Assembly: GCF_037042905.1 (NCBI RefSeq)
Contig: NC_087256.1
Coordinates: forward strand, 25,606,001 to 25,670,000
Direction: 5' to 3'
DNA: 64,000 nucleotides
Origin: Lytechinus pictus
Lineage: Eukaryota
The translations under genes were made by a program, and so were the position numbers. The notes under the pieces were generated by a model. It saw nothing but the letters and a program-made list of their open reading frames with translations. It searched no databases and had not been told where the DNA came from. Position 1 is the first letter of the stretch. Each line of letters opens with the position of its first letter. Below are positions 37,109 to 50,811 of the stretch, one piece after another.

Positions 37109-39596
37109 TGTTGTTTTTGTTCCATTTTTGTTTCGGGCCCAGGTTAAATCGGTAATCTGTTTTCAGAAATCATCCACTCTTTCTCACCATCTGTCTGTCT
37201 TGCTTTCTCTTGATCTCACTCTCCATTTCTTTCTATGTTTCTTGTGTCTCTCTTCAACATAATGAACTTTCTTTATCTCTGTCTCTCTCACACTACAATA
37301 CAAAAACATCCATTATAATTCAGTGCATTTGTAGAATGTAAGAAGATAGCAAGTAGGGTGGGAAGAATGTTGCAGAGGACACTTTTCATGAAGGTTTTCC
37401 GTGCTGACAAGTAAATTTCTCCAACAATTAGCATTATCAATCATCAGTCATTGACTAGTGTTTCTCAGTCAATCAAAACCGATGATTTCACCGAAAATAT
37501 CAGTGGATTCAAACTTGTCAGTACTTTCCCCATGGTATAACAACCATGAAATATTGCCCTATTCATTATCATGGACAATAAAATCTATACATATTTCAGC
37601 CTTAAAAAAAAAAATTAATATCAGAGGCGTTGTTCAACATCTGTAATACCAGACAAGTGATGCAAAGATAAACAAAGACAGTCTTTTCTAAAAAAAGGCA
37701 CAAGGTGCAACTACAAAGTACTTTCTTGCTTTCTTTTAATGCTTTCATATCCTTTACATGTATCATTTCTCATTTCTTAGTTTCAACTCAATATTTCACA
37801 TTGGTTCAACTTATAGCATGGTGTTATAACTAAAGGTCTGAAAATAAAACCTAGCTTCTTAATTACCACATAGTATGGGATCCCATGGGCGTATTTCATG
37901 AATATGTTCGCAAAGATAAACATAACTTCATATGACCTGGAAATGAATTGCTCACTGATGTCCAGTTTTTTGTTGACATTTCAAAGTAGCTATGCATGTC
38001 ATAATTAAAATACTTAATCTGAAATTATAGCAAGGAATATTATTTTGCCCTTAAAAATATTTGTTGCATTTTAGTATGGTTGATGGTGATAATACTTTTG
38101 CATATAGATTTAAATGCAATCTGAAGATTGAAAATGCCATTAGCTGATGTAAGTCATGGGAAACTTCATACATGAAGCTCCACTCCCACCCACTTCCAAG
38201 GTGGAGGATGGACATACTAATTTAAGAGAGATGAAACAAAATATCCTATAGATTCCAAATTTCAATCATGATATACGAGACAGCATTTCGAATGTAATGT
38301 AAATCTCTCCTTTTGAAGTACAGACATTACAGATTAGCCCCCTTTAGCCACTACCTAAACTCAAAGACCACCTGTCTTAGGCCATAAGTTCAGTTTCCCA
38401 GGGATAGTGTGTCCTATTAAAATGTGTGTGAGAGGAAACTGTACATAAGTTCCACCTGCACAAAAAGATCACTTGTCTTGTCTCCCTGGCTGGTCTTTAC
38501 CTTCGGCATTCAATGTAATATTCCTGATATTACTGGTGTCTAGTCAACCCTACTCTTTCCTGCATGGCCATTGTCACATTATTTCTCACAGTGGTTCATA
38601 CATTATTGATATTCATAGGCCTGTATTCTTAAACTCTGGTCAAACGTGGTTTTAACTATCGGAAGCCAAACGTGACTGTATATCTGAAAAAGTAGACTTG
38701 ATTTATCAGTACATATGGCAACATTTAATTGTCTGGGAATGATAACTAACTGCCCTTTCACACGGTAAAAAGTTGCAATCTGAATGATGATTCCAATGAA
38801 AAATAGGCTAATGGCGAATATTTAGCACGTGTGAAACCGAACTAGAACATGATTAGAATAAAAAATGCTAATCAGGATTACAATAGCAATCATCATTACA
38901 ATGATGAGTCAAGATTCACATGTAAAAAGGCCCTAAAATAGTTTTTAGCTTCACATAATTTTAGTACACAGCAAGACCATGGCCTAATTTAAAATATGGG
39001 CCATTAATAATGTTTACATACCTAATCACCTCCATCAATTCAGCATTAATTCACCAAATAATTTTTGATATGATGTGTACATTAAATGTGAACATCTAAA
39101 TGAACCAGTTTCTCTGGAATGTAAAATCAATGAAACAATTATTTCACATACAAAACACTCATGAAAATGCCTCAGAAAATTACATGTCCACAGCACACAG
39201 TATGAAATGAACATAGCAATACATTCACAATAATAATCACAGTAAATGCATAAACAATGATGGAATCAGCAGGCATACTATTTGTCGTTTTGCCGAGGTC
39301 CTCATGCGTCCACATCTTATCTCTCACTCTAAATCCTAGGATCCACATGCATAGAGATATTTGCAATATCACTTTCATTTGATTATACAGGCTATAAGTG
39401 TATACTAACATAAGCACATTGGATGTTGAATAGCCCAGGGGAGCATTTCAATGAAAGGACTTGTGAGAGGTTCTGACAGCTACCACAGCAACAGAGTTTC
39501 TCCGCCAATCAAAATCAAGAAAGATGTCAGATCCGATATTTTGTCAGACAAAAATGATGATGAAACGCTCCCCCATTTGTCAACGTCTTCAAATTT

Positions 39597-39895
39597 TCAT
39601 AATAATAATATAGGATAGTTGTAATAGAGTGCACATACCCAACTTGTTCAGTGCTCATGGCACTCTCATATCGCCCCAGCTACATGTAAGCTAGTCTACT
39701 GATATCGATGCTCAGCTTTTTAAAGGGATTACACATATACTTCCTGCCTGAACCCATTTACCACACCTGGGTTGAGTGCAGCACATGGTAGATTAATTTC
39801 TTGCTGAAGGAAAAAGCAAGTCATGGCTGGGATTTGAACCCATGACCCTCTGTTTCAGAGTCCGAAGACTTATCAGTAATCCACTGGGCCAAAAC
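39597..39895 (-). mobile_element. tRNA-derived SINE, family B (CORE-like central domain)
   Basis: B-box GGTTCAAATCC, body CCTTCAGCAAG..GCACTCAACCCAGGTGTGGTAAATGGGT, (TTA)n tail. Second copy at 54548-54805. Confidence 0.75.
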
Positions 39896-39997
39896 AGCTA
39901 AGGTAAAGGAATACTTTGTTGCAAGGTTTTTAAGGATAGAAACATGCGTAAACTTTGAACTATTTATTAAAGAAGACCACTGTCTGATTAAGATTTA

Positions 39998-41909
39998 TTA
40001 TTCCATATGCTTGGATGACTTTGCTTTTTTCTTGTAAGCTGGCCATCTGCATATAGGGCAAACATGGTTGCCATTATTCAGCCAGGCAAAGATACACTGT
40101 TGGTGATAGGCATGGCCACACGGTAGGCCACAGAGCATGACACCGGTCGTGTAGGCATCAATGCAGATGGCACACTGGGCATCGAACAGTACACCCTCCG
40201 GCCAGGACTTGGTGGTCTGGGGCCTCTTCTTCCTTGGGCTGGTCTTGGGTTTCACTTCAGCACAATGCCTGGGGGAGTGCTTCCTTGAAGCTAGGGCCAA
40301 GTTGGGCTTTTCTTTATCTTTTTCTTTTAGAGATTCTGCACAAAATTCAGGGGTTTCCATATTTGTTTCTTTTACAGGCTGGGGACATACTTGCCTTTCC
40401 CCGAAAGAACATTTCTCATGGTTAAAATTTGAATCGGCTTTGGTAAGTGGTTTCTCCCCGAGATCAGATCTTGCTCCATCTAACTCTGCTTCTAATCTAT
40501 CTACACTAGATCCCTTTAGGACTTTGGATGTCGAGCCTGTGAAAAAACGTGTTTCATGTTCGGAATCCGACCAAGTTATAGATTCTGGCTGTTTGCAGCA
40601 TGGCTTTTCTTGACCTTCAACAACAAATAGATCGTCTTCACCATTTCTTTTATTTGTACCAAAATCTTTTCTTTCCATTTTTGGGGAATAAGAACATGGG
40701 TTAGAATCATTTCTACATTTTAGACCACACTTTAATAAACACTGACGCAGTTCCGCGCATTTTTTTGTATGAGATCTACAAGCACCCTTTTCAGAATCGG
40801 AGGAGTCGTTGCCAGATGAGTAATTTTGAAGCCAGTCACAGCTGTAACGCCAAGTCAATAAATCATTCATGTAGTTTTCAGGTATCCGTGGATGCAGCCA
40901 GAGGTCTGGTACGGCCATCTGCTCTATCAACAAATCGAGTCCTTCTTCCCGGTGGTCGTGGCGTGGGAGACTGTTTCGTAAAGACGGAGACGGGCGCAGG
41001 AGGAAACTACGGAAATCCACCAGCGACGAACGCAGCCACATAGCACTCGTCATATCATCTTCGTGTCTTGGGGCATTTATCCTTTTAGAGACCCAGTTTA
41101 CAGCAACACAATAGAGGAGAAAGGATCCAATGATGATGTAAGAATGTCCAGAATACATTATCCAATCTTGACAAAGTTTCCCCATCAGCCACGTTTGCGA
41201 GGATAGTCTCAGTATTTTATACAAATAATCTTGGACCGAGGCCATGAAGGGTAGTTGGATGATACCAAGCAACGGTAACCACAGCAATAAAAAGGTAATA
41301 TTGTATTTTCCAATTGTCAACAGAAAGCTGCATATCCTTTTGGCTATGCCACCTTGAATGACAAATAAACCAATGAAACAAATGGCATTAACGTTGATAA
41401 AAGTCAAAACAAAGATATCATTTGCCTCTGGAGCGAGTGTTTGAAGGTAGATATCAAGAGCAGTGTATGTGCAATATTCGCCAATATGCGTGCCGTAAAT
41501 GTTCTTTCCTTCCGGTGTAATGATCACATAGGATGGGAGCCAGTATTTCTGAGCCTGATTGTCAAAGACATAAAACGTTTTGGAGTCGCTGACAAAAACA
41601 AACTTCACACGGCCGGAATATTTCAAGTTTAGGGCAGAAAAGAACAGCGGTGGTTCGTGATTCCTTGAGAAAAGAACGATTTTGACGGCGTAATCTTGAT
41701 CAGACTCGACCCGATCCCAATCAAACTCTTGCCCGATTCTCCTCTCTGTGTTGACCCTGTGAGCTAGCTCTAAGTACACCCAGTTGATGATCTGCTGGGC
41801 TTTTCCTGCTGATGTGAACATCGCCATGGACACTTCACCTTTGTGCCTGTGAGCTTGGGGCATGGCGAGGAGTAAGAGAGGCTGGTTCCAGTTCTTCTGA
41901 GGGCAGATC
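39998..41909 (-). CDS. RNF103: E3 ubiquitin ligase RNF103 (Kf-1), last coding exon with TM segments and RING-H2
   Basis: RING-H2 CAICIDAY..LCGLPCGHAYHQQCIFAWL..CPICRWPAYKKK and PPLFFSALNLKYSGRVKF motif. Gene model 46548-46314, 44546-44401, 43563-43448, 41909-39998 (802 aa), phases compatible. Confidence 0.96.
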
Positions 41910-43447
41910 CTGTAAAAGACAGAAACATGGAGGCGTTATCACAAGCACTGTCCTCGTCTTGCTGCTTACGGGATGGGGGTGGGGCTAGTGGTCTTTGTGG
42001 GAGGGATGAAACTTGTGACCCCTTTGATACATGCATGAGGTTGTCGGAGTCAACATATCCCCTTTCCAGATAAAACCAGCCTTCTCAACTTGACATAAGA
42101 GGACATTCGGGTACACTATCAGACTGCAAAGTTTGTTTTTTGCAGAATCAAGGCTGAATATTTGAAAGGGAGTGTTGTTCTAGCTTGTATGGCACGTATC
42201 ATTCAGGTATGAATATCTGCGACTGGTGCTTTGGGGCTTGGAAGATATATTGGACTATTTGTAAGGCTGAGGCCCTACATGGTCATGATGATGAAAAATG
42301 ATCATGATGATGGCAATGATGGTGACAAAATTGTGATCCAAAGACCAAATTTGCACACCCCTATAATGGCCATAATCCTATTCTGGAGGTAGCCATCCCG
42401 GGGGAGGGAGGGGGGACACCTTTTTTTACCAAGGAATGCAAATGGTTACTTTCTCAGGTCAGGGACCTCAGAAAAAGAATTTTTTGTCCCCACCCCACCC
42501 ATTTATGAAATCTTTAAACTCCCACCGCTGCTGTCATGGAAGGGTATCTGCATTTGAGACCCATCCACATCCCCCTCCCCAAAAAAAATGTATTAATAAA
42601 AAGACCTTGTGGTTCCATTTACTTTGCAGAACCATGTGACACAACACATGATTAAGCAAGCTCACAAAGCGTTACTGGCATGAAATGAAATATCATTGTG
42701 AAGAGCCATTGGTGTGGAAAAGATGGAATGTCTATTGTGTCCCAAATCAAACATTCTCATGCAATCACCATGAATGTGTATTTGCATTAATACATGTACA
42801 TTTGTGCACTTAAGTCTATTTGTGTGTCCGTCAGTCAAACTATCGAACAGTAAAATATATATTTTCATTTTCATTTTTTCAAACCATTTTGCTATATTAT
42901 TTGTTTATATTCAACATATTCAACAAGATATTGCTACGATTTTGCTCATATATTGATAAACTAAAATGAGGCTTAATGGGATTTTTTAAAATCTCTAGCA
43001 GTCACCCCGGGCAGTCACATGACCTTGTACACAATGGTTTTATATTTGTAGACCTACATGTATGTTCCGTAAGTCTATGAAAAACTATATCTACAAATAC
43101 AATTTAACATGTACAATTAATTGCAAATACAGACTACTAGTTGTGTGATACTAATAGCTCTTTATGTATGTAATTTGTCCTGTAACATATGTAACATATC
43201 ATCAATTTTCATACAATTGGTTGTAACTGTAAGTCCCTTGGGCAAAAAAGTTATAATCAAAAGAAAATATTAGTGGTATTTCTCTATGTTATTGCATGGC
43301 CCATAAGGCAAAAAAAAAATCAATTGCAGAATTGATAATTACACAATAGAAAATTACTAAAATATTTATAGAATTGAATTACTTAACAATTACCAAAATA
43401 TTTATTGAATCAAATAGACTCTATCTTTGTGTTTAAATGTAATCTAC

Positions 43448-43563
43448 CTTGGGTCAATAGAGCAGTCAAACGTTCCGTGTCGTATGCCAAACCTGGATAA
43501 CTTTTTCACTACAGTTGACCATGCTCTTTTTCCCAGCAGCGGACCATGGTTTCCAGGAATAAC
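43448..43563 (-). CDS. RNF103: RNF103 coding exon 3
   Basis: VIPGNHGPLLGKRAWSTVVKKLSRFGIRHGTFDCSIDP. AG/GT flanks. Confidence 0.93.
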
Positions 43564-44400
43564 CTGAAAAAAAATATGAAGAAAATAGTTTGAAAAGATG
43601 ATAAACGAAGACCCAAAAATTCAGTATATCACTGAGCAACAAAAGTACATATTTGCATGCTGATCCAACAAGCATGAATTTTCTCTTTTTAATTCTGTTT
43701 TTATTACAACAAATTAAAGTAAATTACAAATGATTATTATGATTGCAAATCACATAAACACCAGTTGGTTACACAAAAAGACAAAATAACAACAATAATA
43801 ATAGAATAACCCCTACCCACTTATTCCCCCCCCCCCCCTCCCCCAAGAGGAATGTGACAAAGTGTCGTGATGACTTATCGGTGTTATCTAAACAGGGATA
43901 GGTGATTTGGTAAATAATGTAGACAAAACAAGATATACAAGCAATGATTATGAGGTGATTTCCCAACAAATATTGATAAGATTAAAAGACAGAAACTGGT
44001 TATCTCAGATGACATAATAATGGAGGTTTTTATTAAAATGGACAAGTATATCGAGAGCAGGGAATTCAAGAAGCAGAAAAAAAAGAGAATGAATGAAAGA
44101 AATAGTAAATAAGAAAGCTTTACAAAAAACAAGGGATTGGGGGACAACCTGCTATCGGGTCTAAAACACTCTTCATACCCAAAAGGTTAGAAAAATAATA
44201 AACAAAGTACTTCAATAATGAATTAACAACATGAAAGACTCTTTCATGCACTGATGGATAAAGAAGGTTTGCCTCAAAGCAGTTCACCAAGTATGTAAAA
44301 AAAATGAAGACATGACATCAAAACCTCAACATGTTTTTTGAAAGGCCTCATTAGATTGGTGCTATCAAAGTAAATCAGTATCAATTCTTAAATACATTAC

Positions 44401-44546
44401 CTGTACGAGCCATATACTGTCTTTCTTGTCCTCCACCTCCTCATAGAACTGGGTGTAACCGGTAAAAGCGGTTGAAGTAGTCTCCTCTTCCTCCACGTCA
44501 GAGACATCCTTTTCCATCATCAAAACCTCACCTTCCATGACTTGCC
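44401..44546 (-). CDS. RNF103: RNF103 coding exon 2
   Basis: QVMEGEVL..STAFTGYTQFYEEVEDKKDSIWLVQ. AG/GT flanks. Confidence 0.93.
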
Positions 44547-44646
44547 CTGATTACAAAAAGAGAATAGGATGGTCACACGTGTAATAATAGGCAGTTTTCG
44601 AACCACAATGCCGAATATTTTAAAGAACATTGAAATGTATTATTAA

Positions 44647-45249
44647 AGGACAAGTCCACCCCAACAAAAACTTGATTTGAATAAAAAGAGAAAAAATCAA
44701 CAAGCATTACACTGAAAATTTCATCAAAATCGGATGTAAAATAAGAAATTTATGACATTTTAAAGTTTCGCTTATTTTTTACAAAATAGTTATATGAACG
44801 AGCCAGTTACATCCAGATGAGAGAGTCGATGACGTCACTCACTCACTATTTCTTTTGTATTTTATTATATGAAATATGAAATATTTTGATTTTCTCGTCA
44901 TTGCCATGTGAAATGAAGTTTCATTCCTCCCTGAACACGTGGAATTCCATTATTTTAACATTTTGTTCTTCAGGCAAGGAGGTCCTAATCATCAAATTCG
45001 TAAAAATCGAAATATTGTATAATTCAAACAATAAAAAACAAAAGAAATAGTGAGTGAGTGACATCATCGACTCTCTCATCTGGATGTAACTGGCTCGTTC
45101 ATATAACTATTTTGTTAAAAATAAGCAAAACTTTGAAATGTCATAACTTTCTTATTTTACATCCGATTTTGATGAAATTTTCAGCATTATGCTTGTCTGA
45201 TTTTTCTCTATTCATTCAAATCAACATTTTTCTCAGGTGGACTTGACCT
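44647..45249. mobile_element. Full-length Kolobok-like MITE
   Basis: TTAA TSD (44643-46 / 45250-53). AGGACAAGTCCACC..GGTGGACTTGACCT termini. Long imperfect palindrome. Confidence 0.88.
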
Positions 45250-46016
45250 TTAACTGCCCTTCATGACAATGAGCAACCAAGAGGTCTTTGTCAAAAATCT
45301 GTGAATCAAAACAGCAGTTTCATCCTGGACAGAAGACGTTTGCAATTTATCGTCAGCTCTGAAACTATAAACATGAACTGCTATTCCGGTTCACCAATTT
45401 TCAACAAAGACCTCCAGGCTGTTTATTGTCATGTGATGGGCATTAAAAATATATTTACTGTGTTCTAGAATTTGCTCTACATGGCTGTATAAAAAATGCT
45501 ATATCATATATAAAAAATATATTTGGAACTTAACACAAAGTTTCTAAGTGCTGCCTACTATTACCCCAGCTTTAGCATGGCTACCCGAGGCTGCATGCTG
45601 TCAGATATTTAACCCCTGACCTTGTGGTTCAAAGTTGAGACTTGAGAGACTTATCCAACCGAGTCACAACACTTCTACCGTCTATGAAATGAGTGGTGGT
45701 ATTGTGGTTACAATCATCTTGTTGTTTTCTTTCACCTTCATTGAAGTCTAAGCATCAAGTTCCAATACAATCATACCCTTCTTACCTACCTGGTTATTCA
45801 TAACTTCAGTGAGTTCAATATTTCACCTATTTATATCACTAGTACGATAATACACCAGACAGTTACCTGAAGAAGATTTTAGATCATATCTTTCATACTT
45901 TTCATTCACATTGATTAACTCATATCAACTCACCATAGATTGTTTTTTCATGATTATCATTATCTTCCTCATCATCATCATCCCCATCATAAATCATCAT
46001 CACCACCATAATCATG

Positions 46017-46258
46017 NNNNNNNNNNNNNNNNNNNNNNNNNNNNNNNNNNNNNNNNNNNNNNNNNNNNNNNNNNNNNNNNNNNNNNNNNNNNNNNNNNNN
46101 NNNNNNNNNNNNNNNNNNNNNNNNNNNNNNNNNNNNNNNNNNNNNNNNNNNNNNNNNNNNNNNNNNNNNNNNNNNNNNNNNNNNNNNNNNNNNNNNNNNN
46201 NNNNNNNNNNNNNNNNNNNNNNNNNNNNNNNNNNNNNNNNNNNNNNNNNNNNNNNNNN
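46017..46258. other. Assembly gap (242 N) next to a (CAT)n microsatellite
   Basis: Run of N seen directly. Confidence 1.
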
Positions 46259-46313
46259 AAGTGGCACAACCCGGCCACATTAATGATCGAGTCTACGGAA
46301 TCCATGCACCTAC

Positions 46314-46548
46314 CAGATTCCTCAACAAGCTGCGTCAGTTCTGCTTTATCAATGACCCCTTCATAGCTCAGCCCTCGCCCATCCAGAAGACTCTTCAACT
46401 TCCTGACGCTCAAGGAGACTGGATCAACCAACTTCATCATCAGCAAACCCGTCTCGTACCAAGCGATATACTCCAGCAATCGGGCTAAGAGGAAGAGCAG
46501 CATGGCATATACCAACAAAAATATGATCTTCTTCATGAACATCTCCAT
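46314..46548 (-). CDS. RNF103: RNF103 coding exon 1 (N-terminal TM)
   Basis: MEMFMKKIIFLLVYAMLLFLLARLLEYIAWYETG..VDPVSLSVRKLKSLLDGRGLSYEG. Donor G|GTAGGT. Confidence 0.94.
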
Positions 46549-47089
46549 CTTTAATACAAGATGAAAGTGATCTTCAGGAGGAAATAAACTCTATGTTGTG
46601 AAATTCCTTGATTATGTCATATTTGGCATTGTATCTGCAGTATCACTATATCATTATCAGCTCTCACTGCATGCAGCTGTGTGAAAATTATAGTTCCTAC
46701 ACTACAGCTAGATCAGTTCTCCAAACAAGGGATTAAAATATCTCATTTCGGTGACCTCTTAGTTGTCTTGGGCTCGTCTTTCATTCAATTTATGCATCTA
46801 TTACGGTATACCATCTATTACATGCAACTGTCTCTGAGCTGTGTGAGCTCCCGCTTGACGCCCTGTCCAAATAAGGCTTACGTGGCATTAACAATGCACT
46901 GGCCTGGCCTGGCCGGTGCGACATACACAACACAAAATCGACGATCGATGTTTCCCTGTCAGTGTTTGAAGATAATCCCCTTCCTTTGGTCGGCTTTGTG
47001 TTGAGAATTAAGTTCATGTATGAGATAACGGCCACGTTGAGATTCCGCAAAATTCGTTGTATCCAAGAATATACTGATGAGAAGCGTTA

Positions 47090-47230
47090 ATTGCAGTCTG
47101 ATTGCAGTCGGCCGTCGGCTCGCTTGGGATGGCAGATTACGACAACCCGGAAGTACGATGTAAACATAGCGCGACGTAATTTAGCGCGCGGGACATTTAA
47201 ATCACATGCTTGATCACATGATGAGGTTTC
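47090..47230 (-). promoter_or_regulatory. Likely RNF103 promoter
   Basis: CpG-rich patch ~550-650 bp upstream of the ATG with an ETS-type CCGGAAGT (~47147) and CACATG E-boxes. Confidence 0.45.
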
Positions 47231-47612
47231 ATGCACGATACTCCTCGATACTCTTCACCACCCCCCCCCCCCAAAAAAAACCCTGGCTTCTGTCACCCTG
47301 ACCAATCTGGTGTCAAACTCCTATCGCTAATTATAGCTCAACTGTTTTATCCTGCAGTTAAAATATTGTTTTAGTTTTATACTCACGGTTTATATTCGCT
47401 ATGCTTTACATTCCAATTGCTTATTTAACAATGCATCTTCGCATATGTATCATCACATGATTGCCATATTGTTGTACACCCAGAAGTTTTGGAAGGATTG
47501 TTAAAGGTCCATCCCTCAAACTAGCATAACGCTGAAAATTTCATCAAAATCGGATGTATAAAATAAGAAAGTCATGGCATTTTAAAGTTTCGATAATTTT
47601 TCCAAAAAACAG

Positions 47613-50398
47613 CATAGGCGGATCCTAGGGGGGGGGGGCGAGGGGCCCGCCCCCCCCCCCCTTATTGGCAGCGCAAGAAGAAAAAAAAGGAGAAAGATAA
47701 AAAAAGGGAAAAGGTGGAGAAAAAAGAAGAGGGAAAAAGAGGAGGAAGACGAGTAAATAAAATAATATGAGGGGAAGACTTGGAAAAAATATCTTTCATG
47801 TCACTATATCCTGCAGACTTAACAAGCCTTGCTTTTTTATGCAGGTTCCCTCATATTTCACTCTTTTAAATTGTCTTTAATTCCAAATCGCTATTTTCCT
47901 TAATTTGAATTAATTGTTATGCCTTGTCTGATTTGTATTCTCATAAGTTTTCTGATATTGTTTCATAATTTTGTTTGTACTTGTGAAATATGTGAAATAA
48001 AATCAAATCAAATCAAACTATATAAAATTTTCGCTCGCGCTTTCCACTCGCATTACATGCTCGATGATCGAGACAAACTGTACATAATATCTTGCTCAAT
48101 AGGCTGGTATGGAGTTTAAAATATAGAGTTTTGAAGTCAATATACAAATCATATTTCAGCTCGGGCATCGAGCTTTAATTTTTTTATTTACAAATTGATT
48201 TGTAAAAAGTGCTCTGTAAAATGTCCGTTTTATTGTCTGAGTATCAACATTTTCAGCCCGCGCTGCGCGCTAGCACTATTTGATTTGCCAATTAATCATG
48301 CATCCTATAAAGTTCTCAAAATAGTCCTTTTCAGGTTTGATTGTCAAAACCAGGTAGTTCTGCGCGCTTGCATTTTGGTTGGTGAGTAATGTATACATCT
48401 GTAGTAATTTTATAACAAACTACTTAAAATCCTGTTTTCATGAAAGTTTATCAAAAATTTCGGCTCACGATTTGCGCTCGCATTAATTGTTAAAAATGTA
48501 TTAAACCATGCATCCTATTCATAATTACAAAAGTGCTTAAAATGTCCTGTTTTGAGGCCTTAATGTCAACAAATTTCAAGCTCTCATTAGGCTTATTAGA
48601 TCAATAAATAAGATAACAACATTTTCATGAATTCATAATTGAATTGTCCCTTTTTTAGGAAGGAATATCGGAATATCAAATATTTTTTAGCGCGCGCTTC
48701 GCGCTCGCATTATTGTTTCAAATTGAAACTATCATACGTTGTACAACAAATAATTTATGCCATGTTCTGCCTGCTCGATCTCAAAGTTCTCGACAAAAAT
48801 GAGATACACCATATTACCAGTCACAAAGTATTATACATTTAAATGTAGGTAATCTATTTAATTGAGATGACAATCAATCTCGACCTTTGTACCCTTAGGC
48901 ACGAGCGTACCTACGGGGGGGGGGGGGCAGTCTGCCCCCCTGCCGAGCCACAACCCATGCAAAGGACGTATCCCTGCCCCCCTGACGAGCTTGAAAGACC
49001 TTTTTTGCCCCCCCCCCCCCGACGAGCTTGAAGACCTTTGTTGCCCCCCCCCCTGACGAGCTTGAAGACTTTTTTTTTTTTGCTTGTCAAATTTTTTGGC
49101 GGACGGTTTTGCCCCCCCCCCCTGTGGAAAATCCTAGGTACGCCACTGCCCTTAGGGATATTTCGGTGGAAAAACAAAGTTGCTATAGTGCATGTCTCGA
49201 AAATATGGGTGGTTTTGGATTGTTTGCCATAGCAAGAGTTGTAAATATGGACAATTTCAAATGAACAGCAAGACAAAACAATGAATTAATTGTAATAATA
49301 TTTACATCAAATAAATGAAAGTGAATAAAATTTTCATAATCCTATCAATCCGGTGTGAGATTATTGATAATTATAATTATAAAGATATACCCGGATTTTG
49401 CAATAGTATGTTCATGAAAACAACTGTTCCCTATATGTGTGTGTGGACTTTCGGACACTCAAATTCACGCGACTAACCACTATGACTCATATTAAAAGTT
49501 AAGGTCTTACTATCGGAGGTAAACTTTCTAAAAATACCCAGATTCTAGGTCTAAATCTAAAACACTCGAACCCATGTTTATTGAGATAAGCAGGTTATTT
49601 AAAACAATCATGTTTAAAATAATCCAGTTTCAGATCAGAATCTCCAAAATTTTCTGCTCGCGCTTCGCGCTCGCATTTTTTGTTTGTTTTAAGAATGTTT
49701 TTATTGTATATTCTCTCAAATCAAAATACACAGTCACATTCCAATATTAATGTGGAAAATCGATATTCAATAACCCATCCTTTTCATGATTTACAAAACG
49801 TGAATAGAGTGTCCCGTTTTTTAGGTCTAAGTCTCAATTTTCCGATCGCGCTTCGCGCTTGCATTTTACGCTTAGTTATATACCTATCCTGTTCACGATT
49901 ACCAAAAGTGCTAAGAATATTCCTTAGGTCGAATGTCAAAAAATTTCAGCTCGCGCTTCGTGCTCGCATTATTTGATTGTTGCAATATGTATCGTCTTCA
50001 TGGCTAACTGCAAACAGTCCTTAACAGCTCCCTTTCGACCAGGCCAAAACGTATGGGTGTATTAAAAAATTCTGCTCGCGCTTTGCGCTCGCAGTAATCA
50101 TATATTTACATACGCATCTTGTTCAGGATCACAAACATTCCCCAGAATATTCAATTTTCAGGACAAAATATATGAAATTTCCAAGAATTTTAGCTCACGC
50201 TTCGCACTATCTAAATAGGGCTCATGAGATAATAATATCTCTATGTTGCTTTATAAGAATATAGCTAAGAAATTACTGTTAGGACTACCTCTTCACAGAA
50301 ACAAACAAAAATCAACTTTGTGCAGCCGATCGGGGAAAATGTGGGTGAATTTTATTTCTGCCCCCTCCCCGCATTGGCAAATGCTGGATCCGCCCCTG
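47613..50398. mobile_element. 2.8-kb non-autonomous TIR element with periodic GCTCGCGCTTCGCGCTCGCA motifs
   Basis: Ends CATAGGCGGATCC / GGATCCGCCCCTG. Flanks AAACAG / AAATAG. About 10 motif copies at ~100-115 bp spacing. Confidence 0.75.
48900..49148. mobile_element. hAT-like MITE
   Basis: Perfect 8-bp TSD CCCTTAGG (48892-99 / 49149-56). Ends CACGAGCGTACCTA / TAGGTACGCCACTG. Three internal CCCTGACGAGCTTGAAGAC repeats. Confidence 0.88.
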
Positions 50399-50682
50399 AA
50401 ATAGTGATATGCACAACTCAGTGACATGCAAATGAGACAGACGATGATGTCCCTCACTCAATATTTCTTTAGCTTTTATTGTTTGAATTAATATTTCATT
50501 TTGTGCAGATTTGGCAATAAGGACCAATTGACTGAATAATTCCACAGGTTCAGGGTTGAATTAATCGTTTTTTCACTTGACAATGAGGAGGAAATTAGAA
50601 TATTTCACATTTTATATAGTAAAATACAAAAGAAATAGTTAGTGGGTGACGTCATCAGTCTCCTCATTTGCATACCGACCTG

Positions 50683-50811
50683 GGGCCCGTAACACAAAAC
50701 TTAGCAATGATCGTAGAACATTTTCTACGATTGATTCCATTGACTACATTGTACCATCGATCGTAAAATTCAAGCGTACGATCAATCGCTATAACCTTTG
50801 TATACGGGACC
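50683..50811. mobile_element. Harbinger-like MITE nested in the Kolobok-like MITE
   Basis: GGGCCCGTAACACAAA / TTTGTATACGGGACC. It interrupts the consensus CATACCGACCAGGATGTG. Confidence 0.85.

Noticed and set aside
40161-41632. Plus-strand ORFs up to 150 aa
   Set aside because: Antisense shadows of the RNF103 coding exon.
45911-46366. ORFs spanning the N run
   Set aside because: Open only because of the assembly gap.
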